Assembly (NCBI GenBank): GCA_028534125.1
Contig: CM052816.1
Coordinates: 42,162,001-42,226,000, forward strand
Direction of reading: 5' to 3'
Source: Lama glama
Lineage: Eukaryota
DNA: 64,000 nucleotides
In this document: piece by piece, positions 34,451 through 48,220 of the stretch
How positions within the stretch are numbered: position 1 is the stretch's first letter
Layout: each line of letters opens with the position of its first letter
The notes under the pieces: model-generated
Told to the model about the DNA's origin: nothing
The model's database searches: none
What the model saw: only the letters and a program-made list of their open reading frames with translations
Program-made: the position numbers and the translations under genes

Positions 34451-36805
34451 CAGCTGTCAGTACCATCATTTTCCAGATGAAGAAATCGAAGTACAGAGCA
34501 ACCCAGGTAATCTGATTACAGAGTACAGGCCTGCAATCATTTTACAGCTGCCCAATGAAGAAACCAAGAAACAAAGAGCTAAATGATAAGTCAGTCATTC
34601 ATCATGCGAGGGTAAGAACGAGGATCTGAAATCTGGGCCTCTTGCCTCCAGACCTAGTGCCTGTCTTTCCTCCTCACCCTGTGGTGCTTGGGATCAGAGC
34701 ACATGTGAGAGAACAGGTGATGGAAGTGCAAAGATGTCTGTAGCACAGCAACTGGTCCCCTCTCACTGTGAACAGAATCGAGCATCTTTAAGAAGTGCTG
34801 AGGTCCAAGAAGACTACGGCCCTCTGCAGCCCAGACAGGTCGGAGGAGGAACAGTCAGTCAGTCTAGAAATGCAGTTCCTGAAAACTCACCGAGCTGTTA
34901 CCATTGTTATCTCTGATGTGTGTGTTCTGACACATGAGCAAAGGAGGGCTCATTTCCCACAGGGAGTTCTTTGAATTCAGCCAAACATACTAAGTTGTGC
35001 TTTAAGCCAAAATAATTGCCTACTCCTGCCCTGGAGAGTTTCAAAGACACAGTGACTTGCTAGGTGTCCAGAAATTGATCACTTCATCATCAAACAAGCC
35101 AGCCAGGGGAGCAATCACTTTGGCAGGAAGGTTAACAGGCAAGAAGATGAATCATCTTATGGTTACAAATACATTTTTGCTGCTATGACTAAAAATTGCT
35201 GTGATTTTTTTTTTAAGTTCAGATGCCTGGGTATTTAGCTGCTGAAAATGTCAAGCCACCAAGCTATGGTTATAACTGACCACGCCATGAGAGCATTTCA
35301 TGACTGTTTTTCTGTTGTTATGTGGTCAGCATGATAGATTCAGAATCAATTTGAGCTATTGCTGGTCTGCTTTCCAACATGCAGCATTATTGGCTCTGAA
35401 GGAAGCATTAGCTTTGCAGGGTGTGAATGTATATTATGAATGACACCAGGGTACAAATATTACCAAACCTTTATACTTACTTTATATGCGCTCTTTGTTT
35501 CCTAATAAAACTCTTACAAGGCCCTCCTCAGCTAATCTAGGAATTCACTCAGCCTATTAAGTTAATATAGTAATGTGCCAAGTCAGGGCTTCTCTGATTG
35601 CAGCCTCATGCAATGGAGCAGTGGGGTGTGATGGTTTTTAGAAGTGGCTTGTTTAAAAGGCTTTGGCCTTCCTTGGAAGAAGGGTTTGTGTGATATGACT
35701 AAATAATTATTATAATCATCATACATATTCATTAAATAAAATTATTTTTCAACTATACAGAATAAATTATGGTAGATTTTAATTCTAAAACAGCATGACA
35801 TCTTTCTAATGCAGTGTAACCTACTTTAAATAAACCAGTGGTTTTCTGAACAGTTGAATGTGTGAAAAGGTTACCTGGCAATGCTCAACCTGGGAAAGTC
35901 TCTCCTTGGGCATCTGTTTTCTTACCAGCATCTGTTACTCAGCAGCCTTGCTGGCTCAAACTTAGTCTCTCTCTAGGTACCAAGAACATAACTAGACAAT
36001 CATTTGAGACCACTCAAATTTGGGTACTTCTCATTCAACAATATCTAAATAGAGATCTTACATATAATATTTCAGAAAACAAACAACCTTATTTAAGAAG
36101 CTAAGTAAAACTAGAAACAGATTTATTTGACAATTAAGTTAGATAAAAATCACCAATTACAGCATATATATATGATATAACGCAGGTGTGGTCTTATTTA
36201 ATCTCTCCTCACTAAGGAATTAGTATAAAGTCTTCTGGCCCTGGGTGGCGTGGGCTGAGCGTCAGTTTCCTTCTCGCATCACCCAGCTTTGGGATACCTA
36301 TAACACTCCCTGTGGGGGCTCTCAGAGTCCCTCTGCATTCTCTCAGCCTTCCCCTCTACCTGCAGAAACTTTCCTTGTGACAGCAAGCACCTCTGTTGGT
36401 AATTTCTGCTGGATGTCTTGCTACCCCCGCACACTGACGCGTGGCTTTATCTCATATTGATAGTTCTGCTCCCCTATGCTGCTTTTCTCTACATCTAGTC
36501 CAAGGTTTGCACATTTTCTTACTGTTAGCCTGCCTCTTAGGTTAGGTCTCAAACATATTTCACAATCTTCCTCAGCTAGGCTGCAGGACACATCTGGGGC
36601 TCTGGGGAGTTGGGGACAAGAGAAGGGCAGAGAAGATTTGAGCTCTGTTACAGGTAATGTTTCAAGTAAGATTCTACTCCAAGCAAGATCTCCTTGGCAA
36701 ACAACCAAACAAGTAGATGAAGCGGTCTGAATACTCAATGATGAAAGGCATTCCTCTCTTGACTAAGTCACCCCCAGGGCAGGGTACTTAACTGTTTGTA
36801 TTCTC

Positions 36806-37348
36806 TGTTCTGGTTATCTATTGCTGGGTTACAAAACCTTCTAAAACTTGGCAGCTTAAAAAAGACAGCATTTTATCATCTCTCCAGATGTCATGGGTCA
36901 AAAAATCACGTCTCAATCAGGTGCTTCTTTTGTTCTATGTGCCACTGAAGGGTTCACAGGGTGATATTCAACTCTCAGGGGGAAGCTGGAGGGTCCGTGA
37001 TAGCTTCACTCTCACACGACTTGATGGGGATGACAGGAAGGGTGAGCTTAGCAGGACCTGCCAACACAAGTTTCCACACAAGGCTGCTCTGGCACGGCAG
37101 TGTTGGAGAAGTTGGACTTACTGTATAAAGACTCACAGCTCCCAAAAAGAGTATTTTAAGAGGCAGAAAGTGGACACTGAGAGTTAGTTAGGGCCTAGGC
37201 TCAGAAACTGGCACAGTGTCACTTCTGCTAAGTTTCTATTGACCAGTGTAGTTGCAGAACTGCTCATCTTAAAAGGAAAGGCAACAGACCCTTCGTCTGA
37301 ATGAGAAGAGTAGTGCAAATATTGTGGCCTTCTTTAATGTGTCATAGT
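36806..37348 (-). mobile_element. MaLR LTR, MLT1 (H/G-like)
   Basis: ggttatctattgctg, gctggagggtcc, ggcacagtgtcacttctgc, tgtggccttctttaat. Confidence 0.75.
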
Positions 37349-37596
37349 TACAGACCTTTACATGACCCAGACAGCCACAGGGCAGTGACTTCCCTGCTTT
37401 CTGGTCTCAGCTCTCTTCCTGGTCTCACACCCTATGCTGGCTAAGACAGTCATCCAACTGCGTTGATCTACAATGGCCAATCTGGGATAATAAGAGCCTC
37501 ACATTGTCCATGGTATATTTCAGAACTAACTTCCAAGAGCACTGACTTTCCTATCATTTATTTCACTGTGTGGAGTAAAGAGGTTTCATGTTGGCT

Positions 37597-37735
37597 AGGG
37601 TTGCCAGAGAGTATACAAGACACCTAGTTAAATTTAAATTTCAGATAAACAAGAGACCTTTTTTTTTTTTTAGCATAAATCTATCCCAAATATTGCATGG
37701 GATATATTCACACTAAACAATTACTTGTTTAGCCC
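37597..37735. mobile_element. MER53-like hAT MITE (partial)
   Basis: tagggttgccaga...ctagttaaatttaaatttcagataaacaa...tcccaaatattgcatggga. Confidence 0.8.
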
Positions 37736-38039
37736 CTAGGCCTAATATTTTCCTAACATGGCTAAAGCAATTGCTTCTATACATACCATATTCTAATAAT
37801 GGAGACAAGAATCATAGAATTTTTTTAATTCTTTGATTTTTCTTTCCAGTTACATGAGGTTTATAACCACATTGATTGGGTGAGGGTGAGAGGGATCCAG
37901 TTCTATCTGAGATCAATCAAACCTTGTAACTACTGGTTTGTCAAACTGTATATGAATGGCATTTTTTAAACAAAAATTTCTGTTTAGCAGATGCTTCTAT
38001 CATTCTTTTTCTAAGCTGAAGATTATATCTGCATTTAAG

Positions 38040-38400
38040 AGTCAGTCAAAAAATATTTACCGAGTGTGTACTATGTGTTAAGCCAACAACGATTAACACG
38101 TGGTTCTTGCCTGGGAGGAGTTCAGAGTCTAGGAGAGATACAGAAATATCAACAGATCATTGCAAGGCTATGTGACAGGTCTTCAAACAAAACAAGCGCA
38201 AAGTTCAGGAGATATGACTAACAGGACTCAGGGAATCTGGCATCATAGAGCAGGTGACATTCGATTTGATCTTGAAGGATAAGTAAGAATTTTGCAAGGA
38301 GAGCAAAGGCATTCTAAGCAGGGGGGAAAAAGGCATGAAGTCATGAAGTAGCTGCCATGCTACTTCATGAAGCAGAGAAGGGTCTGGCCTGGTCAAAGCT
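38040..38400 (-). mobile_element. L2 3' fragment
   Basis: aatatttaccgagtgtgtactatgtg, ggttcttgcctgggaggagttcagagtctag, gatcttgaaggataagtaaga. Confidence 0.7.
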
Positions 38401-38823
38401 GGAGGAGACGGACCAGAGCCCCATTCATTTAGCCTTCCTCCTACCACAAGTACATAGGAAGGATGAGAGAGGGCCTCTATCCAAATCAAAACTCAGCAAC
38501 AACAGGAGGAAGAGAAACAGGGGCAAATGATCACAGGGCCCAACAAATAACTAAAATAAAGACAGAGGAAAAATGCCCAACTTCTGCAAGGATGAAAAGT
38601 AAATTGCTGCTGTAGCTCCAGCAACTTTTATTTTATTCCCCTCTAACTATGGCAAGAGCCAATTTTCTACATGAGGCCAGCTTGCAGGACTGCAGAAAAA
38701 ACTGGCCACTTTTCCATTTTGGAGATGATGAGCAGAAATATTCCCCAGGTAGGCACTCCCCTATACACTGTGTGAAAAATAGAAGCCAAAAGTTTCTAGT
38801 GATTCTATTATAAATCCTATGAT

Positions 38824-38940
38824 GGTGGGAGTGGGTATAGCTCAGTTGGCAGAGCACGTGCTTAGCAATGCATGAGGTCCTGGGTTCAATCACCAGTACC
38901 TCCATTAAAAATAATAATAATAAAATAAAAATTTCAAAAA
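38824..38940 (+). mobile_element. tRNA-Ala-derived SINE (Vic-1-like)
   Basis: gggtatagctcagttggcagagcacgtgcttagc...gggttcaatcaccagtacctcc plus A-rich tail; flanks share ctatgat. Confidence 0.9.
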
Positions 38941-39204
38941 AGTACTATGATAGAAGGATCCCAGACTGGCAAGAAAGCAAAGATTCTGTGCCTGCTGAAG
39001 CTCTGTATGCTTGGGTATTGACAGTTATAATTTATGACTAGTGATAGCCCAGTGGGGCAACATTGGTAGGAGAACATGGTCAAGAGCCAAAGCACAGGCT
39101 AACAAAACAACAGAATCTGTCTTTCTGACATCTGACATGCCTTTGATTATTCAGTGGGTCATTCAAAACCGATCTTAGAAACTTAACTCTGAAAACTTGA
39201 AAGA

Positions 39205-39890
39205 CATAATGAGACACTATGATACACCTATTAGAATGGCTCATATTAAAAAAAAATATATATATATGTATATATATATATGACACTACCAAATGCTGAT
39301 GAGGATGCTAAGCAGCTAGAATATACATACATTGCTGGTGGGGATTCTACTTTGGAAAAAACTTTGGCCATTTCTTATAAAGTTAAACTTACATGTAGGT
39401 AGGTATTTACCCAAGAGACATGAAAACCTATGTCCACACAAAAACCTACATCTGAGTGTTTACAGCAACTTTCTTCATAAATGCTAAAAGCAAAAACAAT
39501 CCAAAATGTCTACGAACTGGTAAAAAGACAAATTATGCTATAACCATATAGCAATAAAAAAAAACTACAGATACATGCAACAACATGGATGAGTCTAAAA
39601 AGCATTATTCTAAGAGAAAAAAATCAGACTCAAGAAACTACATACTGAATGATTCCATTTATATGACATTATGGATATGAAAAAAAATTTGGAAAAAAAA
39701 TCAGTTCAGTGGTTGCCGGTAGCAGGAGGTGGGGGAAGGGAATTTACTACAAAGAATTATGAGGAATTATTCTACACCTTGATTTTGGTGGTAGTTACGT
39801 GATTCCATAAGAATGTCAAAATTCTTCGAATTTGACACCTAAAAATGATAAATTTTACCATGTGCAAGTTATATCTCAATAAACAACAAC
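39205..39890 (+). mobile_element. Old L1 (L1MB/MD-like) 3' region
   Basis: acacctattagaatggct, attgctggtggga, ggtatttacccaagagacatgaaaac, atgattccatttatatgacatt, ttatatctcaataaa. Confidence 0.85.
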
Positions 39891-40948
39891 AAAATGAATT
39901 TGAATGTCTAAAACAACAAGAGTTGAGAGAAGCATTGTCTTGAATTTTTTTTTTAATATTGGTTTGACTATTTCCAGCTCTGAAGGCTTTTGATCCTTAG
40001 CCTTTTGTTAACCACAACATGTATCCTACAGGTCTTAACCGATGGTAGACTCAAATGAATGTTTATCAGCCAATGTTAGCCAGTTTTGAGCAGATTAATC
40101 CCCACCGGCTATGACACCCATCATATGTAATGAGCAAACTTCTCTCCAATGCAGCTAGAGAGGTCCCAGTCATGTATCATCTTTGAGGGAATTGAGGATA
40201 TAGCCACTTAAATAATTTTCTGTGTTTTATGGTTGAAATTAGTAACTCCAAATAAACCTATAGCTTTTGTATAGAATAAACTAGCAAAAAAAAAAAAAAA
40301 AGAGAGTGTGAGAGAGACATTTAGGGATATTAACACAGTGGTAGCCAAGTAAGTTGTATATTTTAAGCACATCTTCACTTTATGAAGTAGCTCTGAATTC
40401 CACAGAGGGAAAATATGGAAAGAATTCTTTTACTACTCTTTCTCTGTACCAACCTTTTGCTTCCTTAGTAAGAACACCAACAGAAACAAAGTCTCAAACA
40501 ACAAAACCAAAACGAATTCACCACAGCAGCCAGCATTTCCCTTCAAAAATGGGCTTCTTATCTTCCATGTTTTGTTAGTCTTGTTATTGGGATGTAAAAT
40601 TTCTGAGGTGTTCCTCTAGTAGACTAGGCAGTGCTTCTTTTATGAATAACTAATCTAAGTCAATAAAATGCTCATCAAAGGAGCAGAAAAAAAATTAGCG
40701 GGTCTTGAGAAACACAACAAAGGGGTAATCTTTAGCTTAATTTTCTACAGGAACATCTGAGGCATGTTAGGAGACATCTGGCACTAAGTTTAGAACCACG
40801 TACTCAACCGTTGAGAGGCTGGGGGGAAATTAACCTTAAAATACACATAGTGTGGAAGTCATACAGCAAAATCTTATTTAGGCAAAATTTTGACTTGCTG
40901 TGCTGTGAATGTATTTGTGAACCACTGGTCATCAATTTGACTTTATAT

Positions 40949-41171
40949 CAGTGTTTTCCACCCAGTGATTCTGGTAGTAGGACTCATGAGATTTGCATAC
41001 TCCAGCAAAGCAGTAGCGGTGTGTGGTGGAGCAGGGAAGAGGACCATGGACACAGAAGCCTGGAGTCCAGGCGGGCATGAAGTGACAACTCTACCAAAGA
41101 GAACATTTTGATGTCTCCCAACACTGTGATTTGCTCTCCCAACCATTTCAATTAGTTACTGGAAGCCACTG
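40949..41171. mobile_element. hAT-type MITE, family not identified
   Basis: Terminal inverted repeats cagtgttttcca / tggaagccactg; 8-bp flanks ctttatat / ctttaagt. Confidence 0.6.
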
Positions 41172-43352
41172 CTTTAAGTGAATTTATTAGACTATTTCAG
41201 TCTTTTTATACTGTCTTCTCTGTTGGTGTCTTATTGATTTTGACCCCAGGTACCGGATCAATTAACAAATTAATAGGCCTTCCTATAAATAGAGAATTCT
41301 TCTACATGGCCTTTAATCTTTGACATACAGACATGTATGCACCTAACTTAAGGTTCTGAGGGCTTTGTATTTTTCATAAATCTTCCCCCTGGCTGAAATT
41401 ATCTAAAGTAACTAGTATCTGTACCCCTTATTCAAATATTTGGCATTACAACTTTTGTTTTCATTTTAACTTTTAAAGTCCTAAAAGTTTATGTATGGAT
41501 TAAAGACTCATCATTCAACTCATCACCAGTGGTTTTCAGAAGTCTCCACATTTGTCAGGTGTGGTTTGGATTTGTCCTCAGGCACTGGAAAATGATGTTA
41601 GTATTCCCAAATTATAGAATTAATAATAATAGCTAAACTATACCATGTGTCAGACCCTGTCCTAAGCACTTACTTGTACTAACTTATTTTGGCTCCACAA
41701 TAGTCCACAGAAGTGGGTTCAATCACTTTAGCAATGGGCACTGAAGTCACACATCCTCGTGCATTCAAAACCCTGTCTCTGCATCTAATTGGCTGATTAC
41801 ACTTACCCCATGTCAGACAATAAGAAAAAAACTGACAATTAGCAATGTGAAACAAAGATGAATTAATTGAATTGCCTGGCAGGAAAGGTCTGCATTACTT
41901 AGATAAAGGCAGTTCTCACTAAGCAGCAACTGAAAAGACTAGATTTAGAGCTAAAAGAAGAGAAAGGCAACATTCTGAGTCCAGGTCCCTACACTGTGGA
42001 TTGTTTCCATCCCTTCTTTGCAAATGTCACTTGCAGGTTTTATGCCACTGACACAGAGAAGTCTGGTTTCCAAGAACATATAAGAAGAGTTGTAAAAGAT
42101 TCCAGTGGGCCTAGGGTCACCCAGCAAACATACTGGATGCACACACTTAAAGTCTAGCAGGATTTCTATTTCACATCCAGCAGATGCTATGTGGCAACAC
42201 AACATCTGTGTTCTGTGCTCGGACTAGAGTCCAGCTGGAGTAAAATGTATGTGAGTCACAGGCCTCTATATTTCTCTGCTCTCTGAGGGCACAAGCACAC
42301 TCACTACAGAAAGTACCATAGGAGACGAGCTCCAGTAATTTCTAACTTGCTCAGAAGCTTTATGTTTGAAAACTATTTCTCAGTATCTCAGTGCCTCCAA
42401 TTACACGGAAGATACAATAAACTGAGAAGAACGTTTTCTTGTGTCTACTAGGATTTTGAAAACATGTAAGGTAGGCATGGCCATATCACTACCAAACAAA
42501 AAGGGAAGACAGAATTAAAAAAAAAAAAACAAGACAACTATTTCAGACTAATTGAGCATAGTCCATCCTTGGCTCTTCTATCACAAGAAAAGGTCACCTT
42601 TCTAATTTCCACTGTTTCAGGTTATCTTCCTGCTTATTTAGTACCAGGACATGAAGAGAGAATAAGAAATATGCCACCAGCTGATGTAGCTGCTGCAAAC
42701 TCCCACCTCAAGAACCATGTTTCACATCAAACATCTAAGTTGGATGAGGGAAAGGCAAGCATTATTCCAGCATCTTCCTCACCACCAGCAGAATGCCACA
42801 GTGGGAGCAAACTCATGAGACATGAGAACAAGTACATCTGGTTGGGTGTGGAGGAAAAAACCTTGCTCAGAGTAGAAATTAGAAATTATCTATTAGGTTA
42901 CTTCCTTCCCTACCCCAGATTTTTTCCCTCAGATTATTTTTTTGTATAAGGCACTTGTTCCCTGAGCTTCCCTTTCAAAAACTAAAACTGACAGATGACT
43001 GGATAAAGAAGTTGTGGGGTGTGTGTTTGTGTGTGTGTACGCGCGTGCGCACAATGGAATACTACTCAGCCATAAAAAATAATAAAATAATGCCATTTGC
43101 AGCACCGTGGATGGACCTGAAGATCATCAGACTAAATGAAGTACATCACAAAGAGAAAGAAAAATACCATGTGATATTGCTTATTTGTGGAATCTAAAAA
43201 AATGACACAAACGAACTTATTTACAAAACAGAAACAGTCTCAATGACATAGAAAACAAACTTATGACCACTGGACAGGGAAAAGGGGAGGCAGAGAGATA
43301 AATTGGGAGTTTGGGATTTGCAGATACTAACTACCACATATAACATAGATAA

Positions 43353-43510
43353 TTTCTTATAATAACACATAATAGGAAAGAATCTGAAAAGAAAAAAGAA
43401 ATATATGTATGTGTATGCATAACTGAGTCATTTTGCTGTATACCTGAAACTAACACTGTAAATCAACTATACTTCAATGAAAATTTAAAAATAAATAAAT
43501 AAATAAACAA
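43353..43510 (+). mobile_element. Nested L1 3' tail
   Basis: Second copy of the L1 terminus with a (TAAA)n tail, flanked by ataacatagataa / ataaaatagataa. Confidence 0.7.
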
Positions 43511-43686
43511 ATAAAATAGATAAACAACAAGGTTCTACTGTATAGCACAGGGAATTATATTCAGCATCTTATCATAGCCCATACTGAAAAAGAATAGAAA
43601 AAGTAATATATATATATGTTCGGTATAGCTGAATCACTATGCTGTACACCAGAAATTAACACAACACTGTAAACTGACTATATTTC

Positions 43687-43945
43687 TTTTTTCTAACATT
43701 TTTTGTTGATTCATAATTTTACAATGTTGTGTCAAATTCCAGTGTAGAGCACAATTTTTCAGTTAGACATGAACATATATATATTCATTGTCACATTTTT
43801 TTCTCTGTGAGCTACCATAAGATCTTGTATATATTTCCCTGTGCTATACAGTATAATCTTGTTTATCTATTCTACATTTTGAAATCCCAGTTTATCCCTT
43901 CCTACCCCACCCCCACCCCCATGGCAACCACAAGTTTGTATTCTA
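43687..43945 (-). mobile_element. Nested young L1 3' end
   Basis: Perfect 19-bp TSD tgtaaactgactatatttc at 43668-43686 and 43946-43964. Confidence 0.9.
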
Positions 43946-45199
43946 TGTAAACTGACTATATTTCAATAATAATTTAAAAAAGGGAAAAAAGTTAACAGTG
44001 AAAAAAAACTAACATTCCTGGAAAGGACAAGCACCCAGCATCATAATAACCCCCTTCCCAAAACTTTCTGGATGATTTCGACCCTTTGTCAAATGCCACA
44101 TTTCAGTGAGTAAAGGATCTATTAAAAAAGAAAGTTTCCTAATATGTAAAAAAGAACTAATTTCCAAACTATGCATCATAAAGACTTCCTAATGGAACAT
44201 AATCATTCATACTAAAAATATCCTCTAGCCCTACGACTTATCTGAGTTTAGAGCTGACACTGAAGGATATAAAAGTAATTCACAATAACACAATATCCAA
44301 TTACCAAACACCATCTAATGGAGAGGAGCAATCGAAAATTATTACTTAGCGTCTAAGAAGGTGGTCAGTAAGCCATTATGAAAATCTGAAGTTGGGCCAA
44401 CTTTCTAGGTCCCCGTTTCTGAAAACCAGACAGTCCATGATGTAAAATGAGGGGCAGGTAGCCACTACATCTTTCTTTGAACCCACAGTATTACAAGAAT
44501 TTGGATATAATCAGCACAGCTGAACAGACATCTGCAGGAGAGATCTGATTCAACAGAAGACAAGAGTTCAGAAATTTACCCAAATAACTCTGCTCAGTTT
44601 TTCTCACAGCAGTCTTAGTTCACCTGTTACTATATATTTTCATCCACTTTATTAGTATAGATTCCACTCTTCCAGTTTTTCACAGGAAACAAAAAAGAAC
44701 AAAGCCCTACCTCTGTACTCTGAGAATTTATCCTCTAGATACAAAAGGATGCTTCAATAGAAAATAATTTGCAAAGAATTATAAATCAATATAACAACAA
44801 ACATAAAGTTATCTTATAAATTAAATACACAAGAGCCAGTGATTTACATAAAAAAGCAATGAAAACAGGTTAGGTTGAACCAGAAAAGACCTTCTGAAGG
44901 GAGGTGGTTTTAGGACACATTGTATAGGGATTCATAGACATCAGTTTTCAGTGAGAAGAGTGGAAAGTATCAACAAAGGCAAAGATACTGTATCATTTCT
45001 AGTGGAAAAAACTTTGGTGTGGAGAAGTACAAGAGGCTCTAACCAAACCAGAAAAGCAGCAAAAAGGAAATGGTGTAATGTAGAATCTGTAATCCAGTTA
45101 GAGTTTTGCATGACAGGTAGTTTTACACTCGAAACAATATAGCTCCTCTTAAATAAAAAATATTATTTTAAAATTTTTTGTAAAACTTTAGCTATTTTA

Positions 45200-45440
45200 T
45201 AGGATTTAGTTTCCCTCCAATTATAAAAGTAACAACTGTTCATGGCAGAAAACTTGAAAAGTATAGTCACGTGCAAAGAAGAGGTTTAAAATCTTCCATG
45301 ATACTACTACTTAGACATAACCACCATTAACACTTACAGCCTTTCCATCATTTTACTGTGTATATGTATCCGTGACATGCCTTATTATATATAAAATTGG
45401 GTATCTGACAGCATATATTTTTGTATATATTTTTCACTTT
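45200..45440 (-). mobile_element. Ancient L1ME-like 3' fragment
   Basis: aattataaaagtaac, agaaaacttgaaaagtatag, agacataaccaccattaacac. Confidence 0.55.
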
Positions 45441-47534
45441 TAATATTTTAAAACTAACATCTACTTTATGTGACATTCCTTAGGACTTTTTCTGTTGTTC
45501 TGATTTCATTAATGCTTTTTTTTTTCCTTCCATTCCCATTATGTTTGGCAAGTAGGAGCTATTACAAATAAAATCGCTAGTCAGATTGTCTGGAAGTAAC
45601 AACACTTAGCTGAAATAGAAATAATCTCTTAGTTTGATATAGGATATTTTGGTTTCCAAGACTAAGATATTCAGAGATGAATCTCTGCAGTAGCAAATAT
45701 TTAATACATCTTGGTTCTGTGGAGAAATAAGGGACTAACCCCTTATTACTTGTTCCAAATTTCTTCTGGGCTTTTATAGTGTGTTCAGGTCCCACTTTGG
45801 AAACTAGATGTCTTACTCCAAAGTAATGAGGAGATAATTTTCTTTACGATTGTCAATGTCATTTATGAAAGAACTAAGTCACACTGAGGGTATAAAGTCC
45901 CTCGTGAGCCCACTAGTTCAAAATGCTGCTCTGTACCACTCTTCCATCGCCCCCTAAATAGTGTGACATGGACCAGTCCAGCATGCCCCTTCCAAAAGCA
46001 GCTTATCATACTCACACACAAAAGCAGTAGTTCATTTTTACTACCTCTCCATGGGGGGCACACAATTCAAAAGAGAGATTAAAAAAGTACTATTATGTTA
46101 AATGTGGCTATTCAAGATGACAATTCTTTTTCTTCCTGAAAAGAAAGTTACATCCATTATGCATTTGCATTTCTCCTATTGGAAGTTTCTATCTATAGTA
46201 TGCTTGCTTCAGTATTCACCATAGAAACAGACAGGGAAGTATCTTTTCACTCTGAAGCAAATGTTCTACAAATAGAGAAATGTAACATTGGAGAGTGTTT
46301 CTCTATTAACAGAAGAAACTTTCCTCTGGAAATGCTCATGTGTCCAGAAGCTTTTGGCAAGACGTCATGAGCAGACAAATATTTTATACCTTGCTCTCTT
46401 TTTTTTTGGTTGAACTTAAGGAAACGGAGCATTTCAAAGCAGGGTAACTCCAGGAGAGAAGGTATCTATACTGACCACACTACACAGAACTATGTACCTT
46501 CCTCTACCACAAAGAGTAGGATGACCCTTCCAAAGCCTGGTAACTAAAAATGTTGAATGAAAAGCTGATGACTTAGTTTTTTCATTGGAAAATGTTTAGA
46601 ACATATTGCTTAAGTTTGGCCACTTGAAAAATATTACAAGATAAAATATTTTCAGACCCCATGAAAAAATGCTTGCCTATATCACTCCATTAGACACTGA
46701 AAAGGGAAATTTTCATAGACTGGCAATTTCCCTTTGCACATAGCAATATGTGTTTGCTCTCTGCAGACAGGGAAAAACAAATTATATTTTTCTCAACTTC
46801 TGAGCACTATGGTGAGAGCTAGTTCAGTTGGACCTATGCCAGTCAAACAAAAGCAGTCACTTAAAAACTGAAAGCAGTAAGGTTCAAAGAATTTCAGGAG
46901 AAAACTTCTAAGATGAGCTATGTTGAGGAAGCATACTGCTAAATTTAAAAACTGGAACAAGAGGCCAGTTTTCTTCTCCCAGCTTTCTTCCTTGTGTACG
47001 CAAAAGAGCTAGATACAGAAGTAAAAACAACAAACAAAAAAAGAAAACCAAAAATGGTAGGAAAGACTTAACCCAAGTCAATGCACAGATATAGAGCAAG
47101 AATTCCTTCATTTTTTAAGTTGTAGCCAGTTGAACATTTTATAGAACAGGACAGAATTAAGCCTGAGTCACTATGAACTGACTCAGTAAAATGAGTGTTT
47201 TAACAGAATAAAATTTCCAATAAAAATAATATGACATTTACTTACATTATGCATGCAGTATGTGACAATGATGCCCAGGCTTAAGAAATACACATATGCT
47301 GAATACTGTTTTGGCATAGCCAGATTAAATGCTTCTGGAGTTCTCCAGAAGAAGAAACAACTGGATGGAACCCCTGATGTAATGGATCCATAACACACGG
47401 GAATTGAAAGAACTGGGACTTGAGGGTCTAAACGTTCAAGAACTAAGAACCACAGATTTTCTCTCTTATCCTACAATCACCTTCCCTCAAAGCTATCTTT
47501 TTGCCCACCTCCTGATGAGCACCATTCATACAAT

Positions 47535-47863
47535 AAGCATACCTTTCATATACTGCGGGTTCAGTTCCAGAACACTGCAATAAAGCGAATGTTGCAATAA
47601 AGCGAGTCACAGAATTTTTTTTGGTGTCCCATTGTATACAAAAGTTATGTTTATGCTATACTGCTGTACTGTAGTCTGTTAAGTGTACAACAGCATTGTA
47701 TCTTTAAAAATGTGCATGCCCTAATTAAAAAAATACCTTATTGCTAAAAAAATGATAACCATAATTTGACAATGCAGGGTTGCCACAAACCTTCAATTTC
47801 TAAGAATCATAGTATCTGTGAAGCACAATAAAGCCAAGTGCAATAAAACAAGGTGGTAGGCCT
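47535..47863 (-). mobile_element. Non-autonomous Tigger1 derivative (both ends, internal deletion)
   Basis: gcatacct..tgcgggttcagttccagaacactgcaataaagcga and gcagggttgccacaaaccttcaattt...gcaataaaacaagg match the recalled Tigger1 termini. Confidence 0.85.
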
Positions 47864-48027
47864 ACATATTCCAGGTGAATGGTGGCCACTGGAACTGTGC
47901 AACATGATGGAGATGTCTCCCAGTCAAAGAAAAATGTCAGGAGGAGTTGGCTACCGTTTGCTCCCTTCCCCCATGCACACTTCAGTCTTTCATTCGAGTA
48001 TTTATTCAACAACTATTTGTGGAGAAT

Positions 48028-48220
48028 TGTATCAGTCAAGACTCAGTTTAAGATGTCAGCTAACACAACTAAAACTGGCTTAGTCAAAAATGGGGCATTT
48101 ATTGTTTCATGTGACTAAATAGTCCAGGAGTATACTGGCTTCAGGTAAACAAGCTGGTATCATCAGAATCCTGTCTCTCCCACCCGTCGGCTCCACTTCC
48201 TCTGTGTTGACTTCTGACAG
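48028..48220 (-). mobile_element. MaLR LTR fragment (MLT1J/K-like)
   Basis: tgtatcagtcaagact, aaactggcttag, tttattgtttcatgtgactaaatagtccagg. Confidence 0.6.

Larger units (their letters stand above)
42987..43990 (+). mobile_element. L1 3' end hosting two further L1 insertions
   Basis: acagatgactggataaagaag, atggaatactactcagccataaaa, gtggaatctaaaaa; the sequence resumes after each insert. Confidence 0.85.

Noticed and set aside
46272..46308. 10-bp inverted repeat aatagagaaa...tttctctatt as a pre-miRNA
   Set aside because: Stem too short; about one such AT-rich repeat is expected by chance in 64 kb.
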